Shown here piece by piece: positions 51,401-64,000 of a DNA stretch of 64,000 nt. How positions within the stretch are numbered: the first letter of the stretch is position 1; every line of letters starts with the position of its first letter. Both the position numbers and the translations under genes were made by a program. Source of the stretch: Octopus sinensis. Its lineage: Eukaryota. A model generated the notes under the pieces. The model ran no database searches. It was not told the DNA's origin and saw only the letters and a program-made list of their open reading frames with translations. The stretch covers positions 57,102,001-57,166,000 of the forward strand of contig NC_043007.1 in assembly GCF_006345805.1 (NCBI RefSeq). The letters run 5' to 3'.

Positions 51401-52978
51401 TTACGGCCAAAATGTTCAGAACGGCATTGTTTTCGTCAGAAAAGTAGATATAATTTTTTATCAAAGTTGTTTTATATTTTATAATTTTCACAGACAATAA
51501 ATACAATATTATTTGTTATTGCCTGAGATTTTGGTGTAATTTGAGAGGATAATACAAAAGTTATGGATGATTTAGTGATTTACTGCAAAACCCATGGTGG
51601 CCAAAATGATCAGAACGGTTGCTTTTACTCCGTGTTTTAGTATATTTAACCGGCGAACTCTAATGTTTTGGATTTGTTTACGTGACACGTTCGTTTACAA
51701 AACATTAGTAAGAATATTTGCAGTGTACTTTGTTAATATAATGCCAATTCGTCAGCAGATTATTAAGCTTCGAAGAAAGGATAATTTAAGTATTGGATCT
51801 ATTGCAAAGATTGTTAACAAGTCAAAAAGTGTTGTACACGGTATTCTTAAGGTCTACGATGATTGTGGTTCGTGTGAAACAAGAAAGTTTACAGGTAGGC
51901 CAAGAAAAACTACCAAGAGAGAAGATCATGCTATGGTAAAGTTGGTTAAAAAGGACAGATTTAAAACTGCTGCTGCTGTTTCTCGGAAAATGAGCATTGT
52001 ATTGAAGAAAACTTTATCTCGAAAAACTGTGTCTCGTCGTTTAGTTGAACATGACCTACAAGCAAGAGCACCTGCAGTGAAGCCACTGATCAGCTCCAAG
52101 AATAAAAAGTGTCGTCTTACCTTTGCAACCGAACATGTGTTGTGGTCTCAAGAAAAATGGCAAACGGTGCATTTCAGTGATGAATCTAAGTTTATGCTAT
52201 TTGGCTCAGATGGGAAAAGGTACGTTCGTTGAAAAGTAGGTGAAAAATTGTCGCCTAAATGCCTTAAGACTAGTGTTAAATTCGGTGGAGGAAGTGTCAT
52301 GGTTTGGGGAATGATATCTGGAGATGGTGTGGGCCCTTTGGTGCGATTACATGGTAAGTTAAATGCAGGAGTTTATAAACAACTTGTAAAAGATCATGTC
52401 TTGCCTGTGCTGAGAAATTCAACTAAGCAACCACCCATATTCATGCAGGACAATGCCCCAAGGCTGAAAAGGTTATTGTTATGGATTGGCCAGCTCAAAG
52501 CTCAGATCTCAATCCTATTGAAAATGTGTGGAATATTCTAGGAGAACGTTCGAAAGCCAGAAATCCTAAAACAACCGAGCAATTATGAAATGCCCTTCAG
52601 GAAGAATGGAATAAGATCACCCAGCAAGAAATTAAAAATTTAATTTCCTCATGCAGTCGAAGATGTTAGAGTGTGATTGAAGCTAAAGGGCTTCAAACTA
52701 AATATTAAATAATTCCAGTATTCCCTGTCATTTTTGATTATTTTGTTATTTTTTCAACCGTTCTGATAAATTTGGCCGCCATGGGTTTTGCAGTGAATCA
52801 CTAAACCATCCATAACTTTTGTATTATCCTCTCAAATTACACCAAAATGTCAGACAATAACAATTAATATTGTATTTATTGTCTGTGAAAATTATAGAAT
52901 ATAAAACAACTTTGATAAAAACTTATACTTACTTTTCTGACGAAAACAATGCCGTTCTGAATATTTTGGCCGCAACTG
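51398..52978 (+). mobile_element. Tc1-family transposon with IR/DR long TIRs; full-length but inactivated transposase (~51741-52708)
   Basis: TA|CAGTTACGGCCAAAATGTTCAGAACGGC ... GCCGTTCTGAATATTTTGGCCGCAACTG|TA, ~215 bp TIRs with inner repeat GGCCAAAATGATCAGAACGG. GRPRKTT, HFSDESKF, GSVMVWG, FMQDNAP, WPAQSSDLNPIENVW. Stop at 52230-52232 and a deletion after DNAP. Confidence 0.97.
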
Positions 52979-53001
52979 TATATATATATATATATATATA
53001 T

Positions 53002-53044
<43 letters not shown>

Positions 53045-53239
53045 TGTATGTATGTATGTTGTATGTATGTATGTATGTATGTTGTATGTATGTATGTATG
53101 TATGTAGTATGTATGTATGTATGTATGTATGTATGTATGTATGTATAGGGGAAGAATTCACAATAAAAACAAAAGACGAAGACATGTGGTGTAGACAACA
53201 AACAGATGTATTAGTTTAACGCTCGGGAAGTGAAAAAGA

Positions 53240-53275
53240 CTTTAACGTTTCGAGCCTACGCTCTTCCACAGAAAG
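53240..53275 (-). ncRNA. Minimal type I hammerhead motif (CUGUGGA core variant), perfect stems
   Basis: Minus strand reads CTTT-CTGTGGA-A-GAGC-GTAG-GCTC-GAAAC-GTT-AAAG. Lies in a ~190 bp element (53145-53335) bounded by microsatellites and homologous to 26350-26510. Confidence 0.75.
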
Positions 53276-53332
53276 GAACACAGAAAGAAACAAGGAGAGA
53301 GAATAAAGAATGTGTAGTGGCTAGCGATCTAT

Positions 53333-53442
<110 letters not shown>

Positions 53443-53532
53443 ATGAGTGAGGCAGACTTATCTCTCTCTCTTACTTCCACTTTGTCTGTCTTTCTGTCTA
53501 TGTATCCATTAATATCTTTTATTCCTTTATTC

Positions 53533-53952
53533 TTTTACTTGTTTCAGTCATTTGACTGCGGCCACGCTGGAGTACGCCTTTAATCGAACAAATCGACCCC
53601 AGGACTTATTCTTTGTAAGTCTTGTACATACTTTATCGATCTCTTTTGCCGAACCGCTAAGTTACAGGAACGTAAACACGCCAACATCGGTTGTCAAGCA
53701 ATGGTGGGGGAGACAATCACAGACAACACAAATACACACAGACACATACACATAAACATATATACATACGCACTCACACACACACATATATATACGACGG
53801 GCTTCTTTCAGTTTCCGTCTATCAAATCCACTCACAAGGCTTTGGTCGGCCCGAGGCTATAGTAGAAGACACCTGCCCAAGGTGCCACGCAGTGGGACTG
53901 AACGCGGAACTATGTGGCTGGGAAGCAAGCTTGTTACCATACAGCCACGCTG
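53533..53952 (-). mobile_element. Family-A SINE, full length, young
   Basis: Close match to the family along its whole length. Confidence 0.92.
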
Positions 53953-54072
53953 CGCCTGTTCGGGCTTTTCTTTTGTTATTCATTGTTTTTCATATAATGA
54001 ACTAACTAGATCTTCAACAGAACAACAGCAAATACTACTACTACCACCACCACCACCACCACCACCACCACC

Positions 54073-54132
<60 letters not shown>

Positions 54133-54281
54133 GCAGCTGCTGCTACTGTTGCTGTTACTGCAGCTGCTGCTGCAACTACTAATACTAATACTAATACTAC
54201 TACTGCTGCTGCTACTGATAATAATAATTTATCATCATTTTCACCACCACCACCACCACCACCACCACCACCACCACCACC

Positions 54282-54327
<46 letters not shown>

Positions 54328-54617
54328 CACATATCACCACCACCACCACCAAAACCACCACCACCACCACTACCATCATCATCATCATCATCATCATCAT
54401 TATCACCGTGTCCATCTGCCCCATGCGCACCACATCTACGAAAACACGACCTTCATCAGTTCCGCTATTATTTACCAACAATAACGTTAATAACAACAAC
54501 AACACAATTGCAACTGATACTTCTTCTATTGATTCGGAGTATAATAGTTGTCGTTCACCAAAAGCACCACTACCATAAGCATGACGATAATGATGATGAT
54601 AGTGGTGATGATGATGG

Positions 54618-54678
<61 letters not shown>

Positions 54679-55016
54679 CACCATCAGTAACAGTACCAGC
54701 AACAGCAGTGGTTTGTAGAAGTCTGGGTGTGTTTTGTTTTCCTTTCTTTTGGTAAATCCCGCCTGTTTTGTAAATTCGCCACCCGTAATAAGTTTGTCTA
54801 TCTAATGTAGCGTTAAGACTGGCAAACCGTGTACTTTGTCGGAGCAGGACGCTCTCAGCTGAATAAATATGAGCTTCTCAATCAGTTCTCTTAAAGTACC
54901 ACGCAATCAAACTGATATTAATTGATAACATCAGTGACCCACATACTCCCCTATCATTCCATTTATCTGCCTTTTCTCTATCTCTCTCTCTCTCACTCTC
55001 TCTATCTATCTATCTA

Positions 55017-55055
<39 letters not shown>

Positions 55056-55116
55056 CTAGCTATCTGTCTGTCTGTCTGTCTGTCTATTTGTCTGTCTGTC
55101 TGTCTGTTTGTCTGTT

Positions 55117-55193
<77 letters not shown>

Positions 55194-55288
55194 GTCTATC
55201 TATCTATCTTCCAATCAATCAATTAATCAATCAATCACTCTATCTATTTATCTATCTATCTACCTTCCAATCAATAATCAATCAATCA

Positions 55289-55393
<105 letters not shown>

Positions 55394-55732
55394 ACTCTCT
55401 GTAGATATATATGCCATAATCCATTTATCGATTTCTCTTGACTTCTTTCTTTCACTCAACGAATTTTATAGCACTATGCGAATAATCTTTTATGTATGCG
55501 TACATTTATGTACGTATGTATATTGTACATACATATGCGTATACGCGCGCGTATATTCACACACACACACATATACGCACACGCATACATATACACAAAT
55601 ATATTCACATACGTAGGTATGCATATACACTCGCTCATTTCCGAACGTGTATACATACAACACACACACATGTATATATAAATATATGTATTGATATACA
55701 TATATATGTGCACACGTATACATACATATATA

Positions 55733-55771
<39 letters not shown>

Positions 55772-57609
55772 CTGTACAATCCATTTTAAATATTGTCACA
55801 TGTATGAAGTTAAGAGATCGTCGTACAGTTTGTATTGATGGTTGTAGCAATGTCAATTTAGTACCTGATCCGCAGCTAGATCACTGAGAAAAGGCATGAC
55901 CAGAAGAAGTCCCATGGACCGCATCGTCGTTAAGTCAACAGAGGTGAATTCTCAATGCTAACTACGAAAGGACACGGAATTGAGACTCTAATTATCGCAT
56001 GGACAATTATACTTTTATCTTTAATATATTCGTTAAGCCCAATAAGAGAACTAATGGCATCGAATAAGTCAAGGAAACAGGTAAAAATCGATGGGGAAAT
56101 AACAGAATCGTTGACATGTTTATAATGTTCTAGGGGGAATGAATTTGATGTATCTTTTTAGGATAAACAGGAGTCAGAGTGGGAATAGCTACATGATAAG
56201 GTTGTTGGGCTTGCAAGAAATAGCAGATAATTCTTTCTCAAATCATGCGCTATCATCTTAAAAAATATATCGTGTACTGGATACTATTCCTTGAATAAGT
56301 CTACTCATATATTAGACAGATTAGTCACGGTTGAATATCTTTGATCACAGATCTGCTCAATAAGAAATGACGAATGGCTAAACAGAAGCAACCGCTACAA
56401 AACTATTATAATAAACCAGCTATGGAACCGCAATCGCACATTAGATAATGTAGATATAAATATATTATGTCTAGAAAAAAATGGAACGCATATCAGAGTT
56501 GATCTGGGTCAAACGACATCATATACAGTAAATACTACAATAGATTGGCCAATAGCCGCTCTCTTTGATCGCTTAAACTGCTCGAAATAAAGGCAACATC
56601 TCCCATAACTAGAGAACGAAATATTGAATAATGTATTCTTAGATCTAAGTAATAGACGGCATTGTTAAGACAGGAGCATTTGATCGTATGTCACCTGGGG
56701 CTACGGGTAAGTATAAACATCTGAAATATTACTTGATTTGAGATAGATATCACTCATAGTTTTGTTTACGATATGTGAAACTGTTATAAACATCTTACAT
56801 ATGCCCTGATTATGGAAAAAAATAAAAGAAAACGTCATGTGTTTGTTGAATTGTCAGTAAGAGACTTCATTAGTGACTTCATTAAATGAATTAAAATAAA
56901 TCTTTCTAACATATGGAAACTTTCACTAAAACAAAAACAAACAAGATCACTTTTATTTATTAAAAAAAAAAATCCAAATGGTGTTAAATGAAAGAAACAA
57001 GCAGAATGTCACATGAGCATCTCAGAATACTATATATGGCATTGGGGTCTTTGATTGTGGTATTATATCCGACGTAAACTTAAAATCTTATCCATATGCC
57101 ATGTTAAGGAAAATCGTACTTATGATTTCAATTTTAGCAAGAGTCTACAGTATGGTATAGTAATATAGTAATGTAACATCTTAACCAGGAGAGACACTGT
57201 AAGCAGCTACTAACGAAGTCGCTTCGCAGTTATTCGACCTGACACCAATTGCAGATCAATCTTCCTCAAATTCAACTCCACCATCTATAATGTGGTCCTG
57301 GATATACTGTGATGATCATGTTTTTAACCACGACTACTCTGAATCAAGGCTGACCAGAGCCGAGCATGAACCATGACGATATAAACCATAATACTGTGGA
57401 TGAGTTACATACTAGTATATAGGACCAGCACAGAATCTAATATGTTATATCTCTGATAATGCTTTCTAATATATTATAATATAATATTTAAGACATACTT
57501 GGCATATCATGATATTATATTTGAGTATATTACGTATCCTAGACATATGATATTATAAGAATTATAATATTATAACATTATCTGACATATTTTGATATAT
57601 TCTGATATA

Positions 57610-57915
57610 GGTTTCAAATTTTGGCACAAGACCAGCAATTTCGCGGGAGAGGGTTAGTCGATTACTTCGATCCCTGTGCTCGACTCGTACTTAATTGATC
57701 GACCCAGAAAGGATAAAAAACAAAGTTGATTAAAATGGAATTTGAACTCAGAACGTAAAGTTGGACGAAATGCTGCTAAGTTCAAATTCAGCTGAGGCCA
57801 CGTTTGCCTTTCATAGTTTCAGGGTCGATAAAATAAATGCCAGTCAAGCACTGAGGTCATTGTAATCGATTTACCTCCTCTCCTGAACTTGCTGCTCTTG
57901 TGCCAAAATTTGGAA
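57610..57915. mobile_element. Head-to-head pair of family-B SINEs
   Basis: Minus copy 57610-57780 abuts plus copy 57780-57915. Confidence 0.8.
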
Positions 57916-58299
57916 CTAATATTTTATATAAGTTACAGTATAGACACAAATAAGTCTACGTGACATTGTATCCAAAGTAAAACCTGAAAGTCACGCAAAG
58001 ATGTCTCACTCTGAATACCATGTTTTGGTTCCTACTGATTCTAATGTTTGTTCTAGAATTCTTGAACGAACGATTAAATAATGATTTTCTTCCAATATCT
58101 GTAATTTCTGAGGACTAGTTGCCAAATTTTATAAATGCTTAGTTATCAGTATCTTTTTGATATCTTCAGTTTTCACGTATCACCAATTCTCAGAATATAC
58201 CGAATGAGAAGTAGAATTACAAACAAACAATAAATAAATAAATACTGATATCTTTTATTGGCTACAATGGCCCAAGATATGGAGGACAATATGAAATAA

Positions 58300-58680
58300 C
58301 AAGATACAGCACACAAAAACAACTGGGGTTTACATCGATCAGGAGGAGACACTACAATATTAAAGGTTATAACAAAGGATATATAAACAAAATTTAAAGA
58401 AATAAATAATTAATACACAAATAGAATCCCCCAAAGCGGAGCAGTCCACTTAAGGTAATTCAGGGTAAATCCCAAGCAAAAGACCCGGATTACTCTACCA
58501 TCCCCAAGACATGGGAAGTGCCCTCTTCCAGTTTCTCCTACCCAGAAAAGCATAAGTGAAATAGGTCCATTCAGTCTCACCAGTTTTGTCACTCTCATCC
58601 ACCTTTTGATAAACACACTAGAAAACAGCACCTCCCTCTCTACCCTCACCTTCCTCTTAAAATGATATATGGAGAAATGG
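58300..58680 (-). mobile_element. 3' end of an L1/Tx1-like LINE (ORF2 C-terminus plus 3' UTR)
   Basis: Minus strand gives FKRKVRVEREVLFSSVFIKRWMRVTKLV, a C-terminal pattern recalled from abundant octopus LINE remnants (from memory, not searched). Confidence 0.5.
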
Positions 58681-59211
58681 ATGAGAGCTCGACCAAATAA
58701 TAAATAAATATTAAAAATGAAAGCAAACTATAAACAAAATTTAATTAGATTTATTTAATCCCAGCTGCCAGGAAAATACTAATTTCTTTCACTTGTTTCA
58801 GTCATTGTTGGAACGAAATTTTGTAAATGTAGACCCATTTATCATGAAGCACACATCTGATTCACCCTTTTTTTACACACCATTTTGAAATCAAATCTTT
58901 TGCTACTGTTTATAATTCTAAAAATTTTCATCACCTGCTATTTTAAACAGACTGATAGTTCTTCATTCGAAAACTTGACAAAAACTCAGAACTAAGGTAA
59001 AATTAATAGAAAATTAAAATGTAAAACGGAATTTCAAACCAAGTCAAATAAAAAAAGAAATAGCGTTTTTCTAATATTTTCACGGTCTTTTAGCGTTTAC
59101 TTTTTCCCCATCGTTTTAAACCATTACTCTCTTTGTCATTTGTGTGTACAACTTCCCCATACACCGATATCGTAATATAAGATGGTAAAGTATAATATAT
59201 ACAGTAATATA

Positions 59212-59600
59212 GGGCGGCGAGCTGGCAGAAACGTTAGCACGTCGGGCGAAAGGCGTAGCCGTATTTCGTCTGCCGTTACGTTCTGAGTTCAAATTCCGCC
59301 GAGGTCGACTTTGCCTTTCATCCTTTCGAGGTCGATTAAATAAGTACCAGTTACGCACTGAGGTCGATATAATTGACTTAATCCGTTTGTCTGCCCTTGT
59401 TTGTTCCCTCTGTGTGTAGCCCCTTGTGGGTGGTAAAGAAATAGGCATTTCGTCTGTCTTTACGTTCTGAGTTCAAATTCCACCGAGGTCGACTTTGCCC
59501 TCCATCCTTTCGAGATCGATAAATTAAGTACCAGTTGCGTACTGGTTCGATCTAATCGACCGATCCCCTCCCCCAAAATTTCCGGCCTTGTGCCCAGAAT
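59212..59600 (+). mobile_element. Tandem family-B SINEs (full copy plus 5'-truncated copy)
   Basis: GGGCGGCGAGCTGGCAGAAACGTTAGCACG...AAAGAAATA, then ATTTCGTCTGTCTTTACGTTCTGAGTTCAAATTCC again. Confidence 0.92.
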
Positions 59601-59629
59601 AGAAAAGAATATGCGTATGAGGTCGTGCG

Positions 59630-59690
<61 letters not shown>

Positions 59691-60746
59691 GTGTGTGTGT
59701 GTGTGTGTGTGTGTGTGTTGGTGCAGTTTTCTAATCAAAATAATGATTTAAAAAATAACAACCAGTAGCGTTTGATTTCTTGTCTATTTATTCCCGTACT
59801 GGTGGTGGTTGTTGCTGTTGGTGAGGGTGATGATGATGATAAGGGCGAAGAGAGAAGTCGTCTTTTACGTGATCGTGTTAGTGATGCTGATGGTGGTGGA
59901 AGTGGTGACGGAGGGGGTGGCGGAGTATGTTGATTCAGACCACAGTTCTTTGATTAAAATTAAAAAAATGTTGATGATGTTTTTGTTAGTATTGTAGTCA
60001 CTGGTGTTAATGGTGTCGGTGGTGATGGTCATGAAAGATATAGCACAAAAAAGACAAATAAAAAATAAATAAAGTAAAATAATTACGATGATCTAAGTAA
60101 GCAACCGACAAAAGATCACGCAAGAACCCTTTCCACTCGAACTCGTTGACTTCCGATGACCGTCCCTTCCATTTATTTTCATGTTTACCTTTTCCCAATC
60201 TAACTTAATAGACGTCTGGGCTAATGCGTGTCCTGTTTGTATGTACGTTTAATTCTTTCTCCCCTCCATCTCTCTCACACACACATATTTGCACGAAAAA
60301 CATAGTCGTCTCTTAAACAGACTATTAACGTTTGCATGTGTGTAAGTTTTTGTCTATGCGGGGTTTCTGATATCTAAAAGAGAAGCGGGTCGGTGTAGTG
60401 GCAGAAAGGTAGGTAGGTAGGTTTATTATAAGTGGCCGGATAGTTACGTAGATAGGTGTGCTGGTTGGGTGGATGGGTATCCCATCAGATACAAAGAAAC
60501 AAAGGACAAAAAGACAACGACCTGTTGCTTTTTGTTCCAGTCACGTCACACCCTTATTATAGACGTCTTTTTGCACGTGATCTTTGCAATGATGATGATG
60601 ATGATGATGATGATGACGACGACGACGATAGCGACGATGGTGACGATGGTGACGATGACAACGACGACAACCATGAGGATGGTGATGGTAACGATGGTAA
60701 TAGTGACGATGACGATGCTGCTGCTGATGTTGGTGAAAACAATGAC

Positions 60747-60802
<56 letters not shown>

Positions 60803-60995
60803 CGATAGTTTTGAGGATAATGTTGTTGATCTTGATGGTAATGAAGAGTATGAGGATGATGGGGAGGTAGATGAGGAAGATGAGAAGAGTAGTTATAGTG
60901 TTAATGATGGTAATTGTTAATCGAGTCATAACGAGCAATATGATGGTAAAGGTAATGATGATGACGGTTTATTAAGGTGATGCCGAAGAGGCAAA

Positions 60996-61028
<33 letters not shown>

Positions 61029-61289
61029 TATTGCTGTTAATGATGATAATGATGATGACGATGATGACAATTATTACAGTCGTTGCTGATGTATTCGTCG
61101 CTAACGCCAGTGTTATCTTTTTTATTCATCTATATATTTCCTTTCGTATTTGACGGCTGTTGTGGGACCCATTCTTTCACCATCTGCCAACCTCAGCAAG
61201 TACCTACCTTGTATTGTTTAGAAAGAGAGAGGGGGAGGAGAGGGAGAGAGAGCGCGCGCAAGAGAGGGTGTGTTAATCGCCCTAGCCGA

Positions 61290-61690
61290 AAGGCGGCAGA
61301 ATCGTTAGCAAGTCGGGCAAAATGCTTAGCGCATTACATTGTGGCTTCAAATACTGTCGCGGTCGATTTGCCTTTCATTCTTTCGAGGTCGATAAAATAA
61401 GTAACAGTCGAGTACTAGTGTCGATGTAATCGACTTAGCCCCTCCCTCGAAATTGCTGGCGTTGTGCCAAAATATATTTGTGTTATGTGTAAGGTGGCGA
61501 GCAAGCAAAATCGTTAGCACGCTTGGCGAAAGGCTTAGGGGCATTTCGGTTACCTTTACGTTCTGAGTTCAAATTCTGCCGAGGTTGACTTTACTTTTCA
61601 TCATTTCAGGGTCGAAAAATAAGTACCAGCTGAACACTGCGCTCGAAGTTATTGGCTTATCACCTCCCCTTGTACCAAAATTTGAAGCCA
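61290..61690 (+). mobile_element. Tandem family-B SINEs
   Basis: Two consecutive AAGG(C/T)GGC...AATCGTTAGCA heads at ~61290 and ~61491. Confidence 0.85.
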
Positions 61691-62147
61691 ATTTTTGTGT
61701 TATATATCTTGGATGTATTGTTGGGGTAAGTCAAATGTGAATCTAGCATTTGCTGCAGTTAGCATTAGGTATGTTGTGTGCGGGAGAGTACATACATGCA
61801 TACATACATATTAAAATTATGCATTAAAACCGAGCGAAACGGGATTTAAATACCCCTTGTAAAATCACCTGACGAAAAGCTTCTTACGTGAGGGGTGCAC
61901 CACAACCAGTTGTACAGTATCCCATTCGCGAGGGATCGGCAGGATGGGTCGAAAGATCGTTGTGAGCAATAAAGTTTCTCGTATATTCCATTTTCTGTCT
62001 TTATCATTTATATACTCAACGAACACTGAGGAATTCCTGAGCTAGATCCTGCAACAATTGCATGAATGATGTCAGGTAGCCATAAGCAGTGAACGTGCTT
62101 CAACAGCTTACTACTAGGTATATACCCAATACTTAAATAATTATATA

Positions 62148-63382
62148 TTGGGTCATCCCATAAATAATGCGTTTTTTTTTATACTTCTTTTATTTTTCAA
62201 AATTTAGATAAACAAAATTCTTCTTTAATCTAAAATATACCCTCCTCTATTTTCTACAATGTTCTTCGATCTATCTTGTAGACTTGCAAGACCCCTCTTC
62301 TAAAATTCACTTGTCCGTGACGGAAAATACTCCCCCAGTACTGTTCTGACCTCGTCCACAGAATTCATATATTTTCTGTCCAAATGGTTTTGAAGACTGC
62401 AGAATAAATGATAATCAGATGGGGCAATGTCCGGCGAATATGTTAAGTGGGGCATCGTTCCCCATTCAAACTGCTCCAGCCTTTGGAATGTCATCCTCAC
62501 TGTATGTGGCCAAACATTATCCTGATGGAAGAACATCTTTCGTCTTGAAACCAAAGATGGTCGTTTTTCTTCTAGCGCTGACTTAAGCCGCTAAAGTTGT
62601 TCGCAGTATATCTCTTTTGGTTTGGGATTCAATGTTCAAAGTGGACTAAACCTTTCATATCCCACCAAACAGAACAAAAACAGTTTACGTGGGTAAAGAC
62701 CTTTTTAAGCATTGGGTGCCGGTGTTTCTCCTTTCCCTATCCACTGTCTTCGGCGCTTTACATTTTTATAGAGAACTAATTTCTCATCACCAGTCACTAT
62801 TCGGTCCAAAAAAGGTTCATTGGTGAGACGTGACAGCAAAGAAGAGCACACATTCACTCTCTGCGCACGATTAGACTCGGACCCAATTTGCTGACTTTTC
62901 CGACGGCACGCAGGTGTCCATGAATGACCGAATCCAAGCTTCTCTGCTAGTTCCTTAACAGTTGCGATGGGATTTTGTTCCACCAGAGTTTGCAAGACGT
63001 CCTCGTCGAGTTCTACAGATGTTCCTGAACGAGGCTCGTCTTCTAGGCTGAAGTTTTCGGCTCGGAATTTCTGGAACCACCGTTGACACTAGCTTCGATC
63101 ACTATATACTGCATTAATATTCCTCGCACTTTCCGTTGTGTTGTTGCTTTTATTGAACTCATAGAGCAAAATATGCCGAATATGCACCTTTGTCACTTCC
63201 ATTAGAGCTTTGAAAAAGTAACTGTAAAAATCGAACTGCACTCTTCAAAACTTGTACTAAGAATGAGGACAAGGTAAAATTACTACTTGATTTTATAGTA
63301 AGTTGATGCAGGTAGTTTATTCCATTCCCTTCCGACTTGTTCATGCAATTGAAAAAACCGCATTGTTTATGGGATGACTCTA
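62148..63382 (-). mobile_element. Full-length degenerate mariner (DD34D) element
   Basis: TA|TTGGGTCATCCCATAAATAATGCG and CGCATTGTTTATGGGATGACTCTA TIRs. Minus strand gives FLDRIVTGDEKLVLYKNVKRRRQW, FFHQDNVWPHT, PHLTYSPDIAPSDYHLFCSLQN. Confidence 0.96.
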
Positions 63383-64000
63383 TGTATATATATATATATA
63401 TATATATTGTTGTGTCTGGGGTAAGAAATTCTGTTTAGTGCCTTATTAATTAAAACACTCACTGGTTCAATTTCCACTCATTTACCTATTTATTTAATTT
63501 CTTTTTCTAAAATTTTCGTTGCTTCTTGCAAACTTTTTAATTGTCGTTCACTCTGTCCGTTATCCGAGCTGCATTCTTTTTGTTTGTTTGTACGAGTGTG
63601 TGTGCGTCAGTGTGTATGTACATACACATATGTATGTATGCATGTATGTGTGTGTGTATGTATGTATGTATGTATGTATGTATGTATGTATGCATGTATG
63701 TATGTATGCATGTATGTATGTATGCATGTATGTATGCATGCATGTATGTATGCATGCATGTATGTATGCGTGTGTGTGTGTGTGCATGTATGTATGTGTG
63801 TGTACGTTTGTATGTATGTATTCTGCATAGTCATGTTTTTGTTTGTTCATGTCTATGTGTATGAGTGTGTATACATGCAGATACATACACACACATATGC
63901 ACAGACATATAAACACAGAATACATACATACGTACAAATGCACACACATGCACACGCATATATATATATATATATATATGCATACGTACGTATAAATACA

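Noticed and set aside
51594-51740. N-terminal extension of the 212 aa ORF upstream of the Tc1 transposase
   Set aside because: It starts inside the TIR; homology to Tc1 transposases begins only around 51741.
53882-54690. Poly-P/L/H/Q/D ORFs (also 15351-15957, 43998-44731, 60456-60938)
   Set aside because: Compound trinucleotide microsatellites open in several frames on both strands; no flanking non-repetitive coding context.
60541-60749. Acceptor-like TTTTTGTTCCAG followed by VTSHPYYRRLFARDL and poly-Asp
   Set aside because: Most of the frame is (GAT/GAC)n microsatellite, there is no convincing donor, and no partner exon was identified.

Overview
This is AT-rich, microsatellite-saturated animal DNA, most likely from a coleoid cephalopod (Octopus-like). 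That assignment is an inference from the SINE/LINE families and repeat landscape, not a database result. Almost all ORFs in the supplied track are artefacts of (TA)n, (CA)n, (TACA)n, (TAGA)n and trinucleotide runs. No host gene, rRNA, tRNA gene or CRISPR array can be firmly supported; only weak exon candidates are present. Recognisable coding DNA is transposon-derived: two Penelope-like (RT/GIY-YIG) retroelement relics, a young and nearly intact 5'-truncated RTE LINE, a CR1-type RT fragment, R4-like and L1/Tx1-like LINE 3' ends, two IR/DR Tc1 elements, one rosa-type (DD41D) element, three mariner relics, a possible Helitron and many tRNA-derived SINEs. Four patterns stand out. (1) At least five type I hammerhead-ribozyme motifs lie in short Penelope-pLTR/retrozyme-like elements, including one with a fully canonical core and a family sharing an A6U core variant. 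(2) One Penelope-like element is enclosed by ~1.2 kb inverted arms and carries a modular CA-rich array. (3) Near-perfect local inverted duplications centred on (TA)n tracts occur twice, alongside two larger foldback elements. (4) A ~475 bp repeat unit is present twice with circularly permuted ends.
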